Positions 7,041 through 12,020 of a stretch of 12,020 bases of DNA are shown here, one piece after another. The notes beneath the pieces were generated by a model that saw only the letters and a list, made by a program, of their open reading frames with translations, had not been told where the DNA came from and made no database searches. The first letter of the stretch is position 1. Every line of letters starts with the position of its first letter. The translations under genes and the position numbers were made by a program. The stretch spans positions 1 through 12,020 of the forward strand of contig JBGPXN010000143.1 of NCBI GenBank assembly GCA_041492755.1, in the 5' to 3' direction. This stretch comes from Candidatus Methylomirabilia bacterium (lineage in GTDB: Bacteria; Methylomirabilota; Methylomirabilia; Rokubacteriales; CSP1-6).

Positions 7041-7832
7041 GTGATCGAACGCAGGATGATCCCGCTGGGCTCGGCGCCGGCGACGCAGTGGCGAGTTGCC
7101 GGCGACCTGGTCGACACGACCCGGAGCGGTCCGGCGCCACGGCCCCTGCGCGTGGCGGCGGAGCCCCAGAACCTCATCATCGATCTCAGCCGCACGGCGA
7201 TCATCGTCGTCGACATGCAGAACGACTTCTGCGCCAAGGGCGGCTGGCTCGATCACATCGGCGTGGACGTGACGCCGGCACGGCGGCCCATCGAGCCGCT
7301 ACGGGCGCTCCTGCCGGCGTGGCGCACCGCCGGCGCGCCCGTCATCTGGGTCAACTGGGGTAACCGCCCCGACCGGCTCAACCTGAGCCCGTCGCTGCTC
7401 CATGTGTACAAGCCGAGCGGTGAAGGGGTGGGTCTCGGCGACGCGCTCCCCGGCAATGGCGCGCACGTGCTGGAGCGGGGGAGCTGGGCGGCGGCCGTGG
7501 TCGACGAGCTGGCGCCGCGGCCGGGCGACGTGCGCGTGGACAAGTATCGGATGAGCGGCTTCTGGGACACCGAGCTCGACAGCATCTTGCGCAATCTCGG
7601 CGTCACCACGCTGATGTTCGGGGGCGTGAATGCCGACCAGTGCGTCATGTGCACGCTGCAGGACGCGAACTTCCTCGGATACGACTGCGTGCTGCTCGCC
7701 GACTGCACCGCGACGACGTCGCCCGACTACTGCTGGCAGGCCACGCTCTACAACGTCAAGCAGTGCTTCGGCTTCGTCACCGAGAGCCGCGCGCTGCTCG
7801 ACGCGCTCGCCGGCGCCGGGAGGACCTCGTGA
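7041..7832 (+). CDS. Cysteine hydrolase, isochorismatase family (RutB/BiuH-like amidohydrolase; 263 aa)
   Basis: SD GAGGAGG at 7029-7035. The Asp-Lys-Cys triad sits in IIVVDMQNDFC, VDKYRMSGFWDT and GGVNADQCV. Confidence 0.92.
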   Translation: MIERRMIPLGSAPATQWRVAGDLVDTTRSGPAPRPLRVAAEPQNLIIDLSRTAIIVVDMQNDFCAKGGWLDHIGVDVTPARRPIEPLRALLPAWRTAGAPVIWVNWGNRPDRLNLSPSLLHVYKPSGEGVGLGDALPGNGAHVLERGSWAAAVVDELAPRPGDVRVDKYRMSGFWDTELDSILRNLGVTTLMFGGVNADQCVMCTLQDANFLGYDCVLLADCTATTSPDYCWQATLYNVKQCFGFVTESRALLDALAGAGRTS

Positions 7833-8254
7833 TGGAGCCGATCGTCAAGCCGCCCGCGCAGTACCGGGCGTACCGCATCGAGAAGACGTCCACCAACCGC
7901 CTGGTCATCGTGTTCGACCCGATCGAGGACGCGGTGCCGTTCATCCACTGCGTGGAGATCTGGGACGAGGGCGGCGCCCAGCCGCCGAACGTCCACCAGA
8001 ACGCGGAGGAGATCTTCTACATCCTGAAGGGCCGCGCGATCGCGCACTGCGGGGGCAAGTCGTTCCCGCTCGAGCCGGGCGACAGCTTTCTGGCCCCCCG
8101 CGGGCAGACGCACCAGATCGTGAACACCGGCCCCGGGCGGCTCTACGCGCTCTGCACCATGATTCCGGACGACCAGTTCGCGGAGCTGATCCGCAACGGC
8201 GTACCCGCCGAGCTCGATGCGGACGACATGGCGGTCCTGCGGCGGCTGAAGTGA
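7832..8254 (+). CDS. Cupin domain protein (140 aa)
   Basis: ATG 7832 overlaps the upstream TGA (TGATG coupling). Cupin motif 1 is GGAQPPNVHQNAEEIFYILKG and motif 2 is PGDSFLAPRGQTHQIVNTG. The ORF track's 7640 start is over-extended. Confidence 0.9.
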   Translation: MEPIVKPPAQYRAYRIEKTSTNRLVIVFDPIEDAVPFIHCVEIWDEGGAQPPNVHQNAEEIFYILKGRAIAHCGGKSFPLEPGDSFLAPRGQTHQIVNTGPGRLYALCTMIPDDQFAELIRNGVPAELDADDMAVLRRLK

Positions 8255-8355
8255 GGCGGGCGTCATCTCGATCCATGCGGGGCGCCCACGAGATGCCGGT
8301 GACTCGCGGGGAGAAACGCAGCGAGAGAGCGGGCGCTGGCCCGCGGAGGAGTCGC

Positions 8356-9387
8356 ATGAGGTTCGAACGACGACGGATTCTGACGAGGGTCACGAGCCTG
8401 CTGGTTTTGGTGCTCGTTGCAGCGCCATCCGTGCTCGTCGATGTCGCGACGGCGGACACGAAAATCGCCCAGGCGACCGGCACGCCGGTCGAGGTCACGG
8501 TCCGCTTCACCTGGAAGCTCAAAGGCGAGTACGCACCGCTCTACGTCGCGCAGGAGAAGGGCTACTACAGCGCGGCCGGGCTCAACGTGAAGCTCGCCGA
8601 GGGCTCGGGCGCGAAGACGGCGCTGCGTCAGCTCGCCGCCGGGCAGGAGCAGGTGGTGTGGGGGCCGGTGGTCAACGCCGCCCAGTCGGTGGCCGCGGGC
8701 ATCCCGGTGAAGGTCATCGCGGTCTACCAGCCGAAGGTGCCGATCGGTCTCATCGCGCACCCCGACACGCCGCTGCGTGGCCCCAAGGATCTCGAGGGCA
8801 AGAAGCTCGGCTATACGATCGGCGAGACGGTCGCCGACCTGCTCGATCCCTTCTTGCGCCTGCACAAGATCGACAAGAGCAAGCTGACGCTGATCCAGAT
8901 GGACGGCGGCGCGCGGGTGACGCAGTTCATGAGTCGACGGATCGACCTGATCTCCGTCTTCACCAACAACGATCTGCCCGAGCTCGAGAAGAAGGCGGGC
9001 GTGAAGTTCAACGTGCTCCGCTTCGCGGACTTCGGGCTGAGCGTCCTGGGCGCCGGCTTCATGACCAGCGACCAGCAGCTCAAGGAGCGCGCGGACGTGC
9101 TGCGGCGGCTGATCCAGGCGACCAACAAGGGCTTCGAGGACGCGCGGCGGAGTCCCGAGGAGGCCGCCGGCATCATGCTCAAGGCGTTCAAGGTCCCCGT
9201 GGAGCGTGACGTCCTCGTCCAGCAGGTCCGCGCCACGGTGGAGGCGGCGACGGCGCCGGCCGGCCGTCCCCTCGGCTGGCAGAGCGAGGAGCTGTGGAAG
9301 AGCACGCTCGACCTGCTCGTGGAGAGCGGCAGCATCAAGGAGAAGCGCCCGCTCGCCGAGTACTACACCAACACGCTGCTGGAGTAG
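8356..9387 (+). CDS. ABC transporter substrate-binding protein, NMT1/THI5 family (343 aa)
   Basis: SD GGAGGA at 8345-8350 precedes ATG 8356. Basic-then-hydrophobic signal peptide MRFERRRILTRVTSLLVLVLVAAPS. Motifs WKLKGEYAPLYVAQEKGYYSAAGLNV, EGSGA and PKDLEGKKLG. Confidence 0.9.
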   Translation: MRFERRRILTRVTSLLVLVLVAAPSVLVDVATADTKIAQATGTPVEVTVRFTWKLKGEYAPLYVAQEKGYYSAAGLNVKLAEGSGAKTALRQLAAGQEQVVWGPVVNAAQSVAAGIPVKVIAVYQPKVPIGLIAHPDTPLRGPKDLEGKKLGYTIGETVADLLDPFLRLHKIDKSKLTLIQMDGGARVTQFMSRRIDLISVFTNNDLPELEKKAGVKFNVLRFADFGLSVLGAGFMTSDQQLKERADVLRRLIQATNKGFEDARRSPEEAAGIMLKAFKVPVERDVLVQQVRATVEAATAPAGRPLGWQSEELWKSTLDLLVESGSIKEKRPLAEYYTNTLLE

Positions 9388-9423
9388 GGCTCGGCGGAAG
9401 CGACGCCGGCACCGACGACGAGG

Positions 9424-10260
9424 ATGGCGACCACACGCACCGCAACCGTGCTTTCGGCAGGACGATTCTCGGCCGGCCGGCGGGCGCGGATCTGGCTGGC
9501 CGAGCAGGCGCTCGTGGCCGGCATCGTGATCGCGGTGTTCGTCGCCTGGGAGGTGGGCGTCAGCGTCTTCCGCGTGCCGCCGTTCGTCCTGCCGCCCCCA
9601 TCGCAGATCGTGACGCACCTGGTGAGCGCGCGCGCGCTCCTGCTCGAGCACACGTGGGTCACGGCCAGCGAGGTGGTGATCGGCTTCCTGCTCAGCGTGG
9701 CCATCGGCGTGCCGCTCGCCGTCGGCATCGTGTACTCGCGCATCTTCGAGAAGGTCGCCTACACCTTCATCGTGCCGCTCCAGACGATCCCGAAAGTCGC
9801 GCTGGCGCCGCTGGTCGTCCTCTGGTTCGGCTACGGGCTGCTGCCCAAGGTGGTGGTCGCGTGTCTGATCTCGTTCTTCCCGGTCGTGATCGCGAGCGTG
9901 GTGGGCTTCCGCGCGATCGAGCAGGAGATGCTCTATCTCGCGCGCTCGCTCAACGCCTCCGAGTGGCAGGTGTTCCTCAAGTTCCGGCTCCCGTGCGCGC
10001 TCCCCAACATCTTCGGCGGGTTCAAGGTCGGGATCGGCCAGGCCGTCGTCGGCGCGGTGGTCGGCGAGTTCATCGCGGCCGAGCGCGGCCTCGGGTACCT
10101 CCAGATCGTCTCGAGCTCCAAGCTGGAGACGTCGCTGCTGTTCGGCGCGGTCGCGGTCATCTCCCTCGTCGGTCTGGTGTTGTTCGGGGTGCTCGTCGCC
10201 CTGGAGCGGCTCGCCATGCCGTGGCACCAGCCGGCCGACACCAGCGGAACGGGAGCCTGA
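9424..10260 (+). CDS. ABC transporter permease, SsuC/TauC family (278 aa)
   Basis: Multiple TM segments. Motifs LPPPSQI, QTIPKVALAPL, the EAA-loop-like YLARSLNASEWQVFLKFRLP, and GAVVGEFIAAERGLG. Confidence 0.93.
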   Translation: MATTRTATVLSAGRFSAGRRARIWLAEQALVAGIVIAVFVAWEVGVSVFRVPPFVLPPPSQIVTHLVSARALLLEHTWVTASEVVIGFLLSVAIGVPLAVGIVYSRIFEKVAYTFIVPLQTIPKVALAPLVVLWFGYGLLPKVVVACLISFFPVVIASVVGFRAIEQEMLYLARSLNASEWQVFLKFRLPCALPNIFGGFKVGIGQAVVGAVVGEFIAAERGLGYLQIVSSSKLETSLLFGAVAVISLVGLVLFGVLVALERLAMPWHQPADTSGTGA

Positions 10261-10262
10261 GC

Positions 10263-11045
10263 GTGCCCGGCGTCGGCGTGCACGCGCGGCAGGTCTCCAA
10301 GGTCTACGCGACCAGGCGTGGCGAGCGCGTCCACGCCCTCGATCAGGTGTCGCTGGAGACGGTGCCGGGGGAGTTCGTGTCCGTCCTCGGACCGAGCGGC
10401 TGCGGCAAGAGCACGATGCTCATGCTGATCGCCGGGCTCATCCTGCCCAGCGAAGGCGAGATCCGCGTCGCCGGCGAGCCGCTCGTGCGGCCCCGGGCCG
10501 ACGCCAGCATGGTCTTCCAGCGGGACGTGCTGCTGGACTGGCGCTCGGTGCTGGACAACGTGCTGTTGCCGGTGGAGATCAAACACCTCGACCGGCGTCG
10601 CTATCGCGCGCGGGCCGACGAGCTGCTGGGCCGGGTTGGACTCAGCGATTTCGAGTCGAAGTATCCGAGCGAGCTCTCCGGCGGGATGCGCCAGCGCGTG
10701 GCCATCTGCCGCGCGCTCATCCAGGATCCGAGCCTGCTGCTGATGGACGAGCCGTTCGGCGCGCTCGACGCGCTGACCCGTGAGCAGATGAGCCTCGATC
10801 TCCAGCGCATGTGGGCGGCCGCGCGCAACTCCGTGCTCTTCATCACCCACAGCATCGAGGAGGCGGTGTTCCTCTCCGACCGCGTGGTCGTGATGTCGCC
10901 GCGGCCGGGACGGATCGTCGAGATCCTGGCCGTCGGGCTGTCGCGCCCCCGCGGCGCCCACACGCGCACCGAGCCCGCCTTCGTGGCGCTCGTCGACCGC
11001 ATCCGGAACATCTTCCGTGCCCAGGGCGTGCTCTCGGACGCGTGA
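10263..11045 (+). CDS. ABC transporter ATP-binding protein, SsuB/TauB family (~260 aa; GTG start inferred)
   Basis: Walker A GPSGCGKST, Q-loop MVFQ, signature LSGGMRQR, Walker B/D-loop LLMDEPFGALD and H-loop FITHSIEEA. GGGAG at 10251-10255 precedes GTG 10263. Confidence 0.93.
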   Translation: MPGVGVHARQVSKVYATRRGERVHALDQVSLETVPGEFVSVLGPSGCGKSTMLMLIAGLILPSEGEIRVAGEPLVRPRADASMVFQRDVLLDWRSVLDNVLLPVEIKHLDRRRYRARADELLGRVGLSDFESKYPSELSGGMRQRVAICRALIQDPSLLLMDEPFGALDALTREQMSLDLQRMWAAARNSVLFITHSIEEAVFLSDRVVVMSPRPGRIVEILAVGLSRPRGAHTRTEPAFVALVDRIRNIFRAQGVLSDA

Positions 11046-11120
11046 TGGACGCGATGCCGACCGCCCGATGAGCCGCCCGGAGGCGGCGTTCCCAACCGAT
11101 CACACGCGAGGACATGTCCG

Positions 11121-12020
11121 ATGACCATCCACGACCTGCGCACCTACCTCGACGCCGTCCGCCAGGCCGGGGAGATCTACGAGATCCGGCGCCCGGTCAG
11201 TCCCGTCCGCGAGCTGGGCGCCGTCCTGCGCGCGTGCGAGCGCGCCGACAAGGCGGCGTTCTTCCACGCGGTGGAGGGCTTCGACGTCCCGGTAGTGGGC
11301 GGACTGCTCAGCTCGCCGCGCCGGATCGCGCTCGCGCTGGGCTGCGAGGTGAGCGAGGTGAACGCGCGCATGGCCGCAGCGACCGAGCGTCCGGTTCCGC
11401 CGGCCCGCCACGAGGGTCCCGCGCCGTGCCAGGAGGTCGTGATCAAGACGCCCGATCTCACGCGCTGGCCGATCCCGACCCACTCGCCGCTCGACGCCGG
11501 CGCCTTCGTCACCGCCGGTGTGGTGATCGCCCGCGATCCCGAGACCGGTCGCCAGAACCTCTCCTACAACCGCATGCAGGTGTACGGCCCCGACCGCGCC
11601 GGCATCAGCATGAACATCTGGCGCCACATCAAGGCCTTCTTCGACAAGATCGAGCCCCAGGACCGCAGCCTGCCGTTCTGCGTGGCGATCGGGCCCGATC
11701 CGGTGGTGATGATGGCGGCCGCCTTCCGCTACGACGGCGACGAGTACGAGATCGCCGGCGCGCTCCGGGGCGCGCCGATCCCCCTCGTGCCGGCGCTGAC
11801 CTGCGACGTGCTGGTGCCGGCGTGGTCGGAGATCGTGCTGGAGGGCGAGGTGCTCGCCAACGTCCGCAAGCTCGAGGGCCCGATGGCCGAGTTCACCGGC
11901 CACTACTCGGGCGCCGACGACAAGCACGTCGCCCGCATCACCGCGATCACCCACCGCGCCAACCCGATCTTCCAGACCATGAACGGCGGCGGCTACGAGC
12001 ACGTGAGCCTCGGGAACATG
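11121..12020 (+). CDS. UbiD-family (prFMN-dependent) decarboxylase, 3'-truncated by the window end (first 300 codons)
   Basis: Hand translation from ATG 11121 (GAGGA at 11108-11112): MTIHDLRTYLDAVRQAGEIYEIRRPVSPVRELGAV...PIPTHSPLDAGAFVTAGVVIARDPETGRQNLSYNRMQVYGPDRAGISMNIWRHI...VAIGPDP...EIVLEGEV...EGPMAEFTGHYSG...ITHRANPIFQT. These are UbiD motifs including the catalytic E-x4-E. It is absent from the ORF track because it has no stop in the window. Confidence 0.93.
   Translation, partial: MTIHDLRTYLDAVRQAGEIYEIRRPVSPVRELGAVLRACERADKAAFFHAVEGFDVPVVGGLLSSPRRIALALGCEVSEVNARMAAATERPVPPARHEGPAPCQEVVIKTPDLTRWPIPTHSPLDAGAFVTAGVVIARDPETGRQNLSYNRMQVYGPDRAGISMNIWRHIKAFFDKIEPQDRSLPFCVAIGPDPVVMMAAAFRYDGDEYEIAGALRGAPIPLVPALTCDVLVPAWSEIVLEGEVLANVRKLEGPMAEFTGHYSGADDKHVARITAITHRANPIFQTMNGGGYEHVSLGNM

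Noticed and set aside
3220..7832. Calling the cluster a canonical rut (pyrimidine utilisation) operon, or assigning rutA/rutB/codA symbols
   Set aside because: The LLM lacks the RutA-type N-terminus and looks Mer-like, there are no RutC/D/F equivalents in the window, and the deaminase motifs differ from E. coli CodA. Family-level calls only.
7630..9387. Apparent 585-aa SBP and 583-aa ATPase (9294-11045) with long N-terminal extensions
   Set aside because: The extensions are low-complexity out-of-frame reads through upstream genes. SD-supported starts are at 8356 and ~10263, so these are not fusions.
8263..10227. 654-aa minus-strand ORF (likewise 5546-6691, 9933-10961, 11100-12002)
   Set aside because: These are shadows of well-supported + strand genes (SBP/permease, deaminase, ATPase, UbiD) and carry no family motifs.

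Overview
GC-rich bacterial DNA with no rRNA, tRNA, CRISPR array or mobile-element genes. The gene style is reminiscent of Ca. Rokubacteria (inference only). Part 1 (1-~880) is a compact graveyard of gene remnants: an LLM oxidoreductase with its middle removed, a short N-terminus spliced to an acyl-CoA dehydrogenase C-terminus, and a LigB-like dioxygenase collapsed in frame to 78 aa. Part 2 (868-1809, minus strand) is an NMT1/THI5/SsuA-fold binding protein with no signal peptide. Part 3 is a divergent sigma70-like promoter and a structured ~150-nt leader. These precede a co-directional operon (2050 to >12020): opine dehydrogenase, Mer-like LLM oxidoreductase, two different metal-dependent deaminase/amidohydrolases, a cysteine hydrolase, a cupin, an NMT1-type ABC importer (SBP, permease, ATPase) and a UbiD/prFMN decarboxylase that runs off the window end. 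The operon looks like an uncharacterised uptake and catabolism pathway for an amino- and carboxy-substituted N-heterocycle. Pteridines are my leading hypothesis, which is untested.
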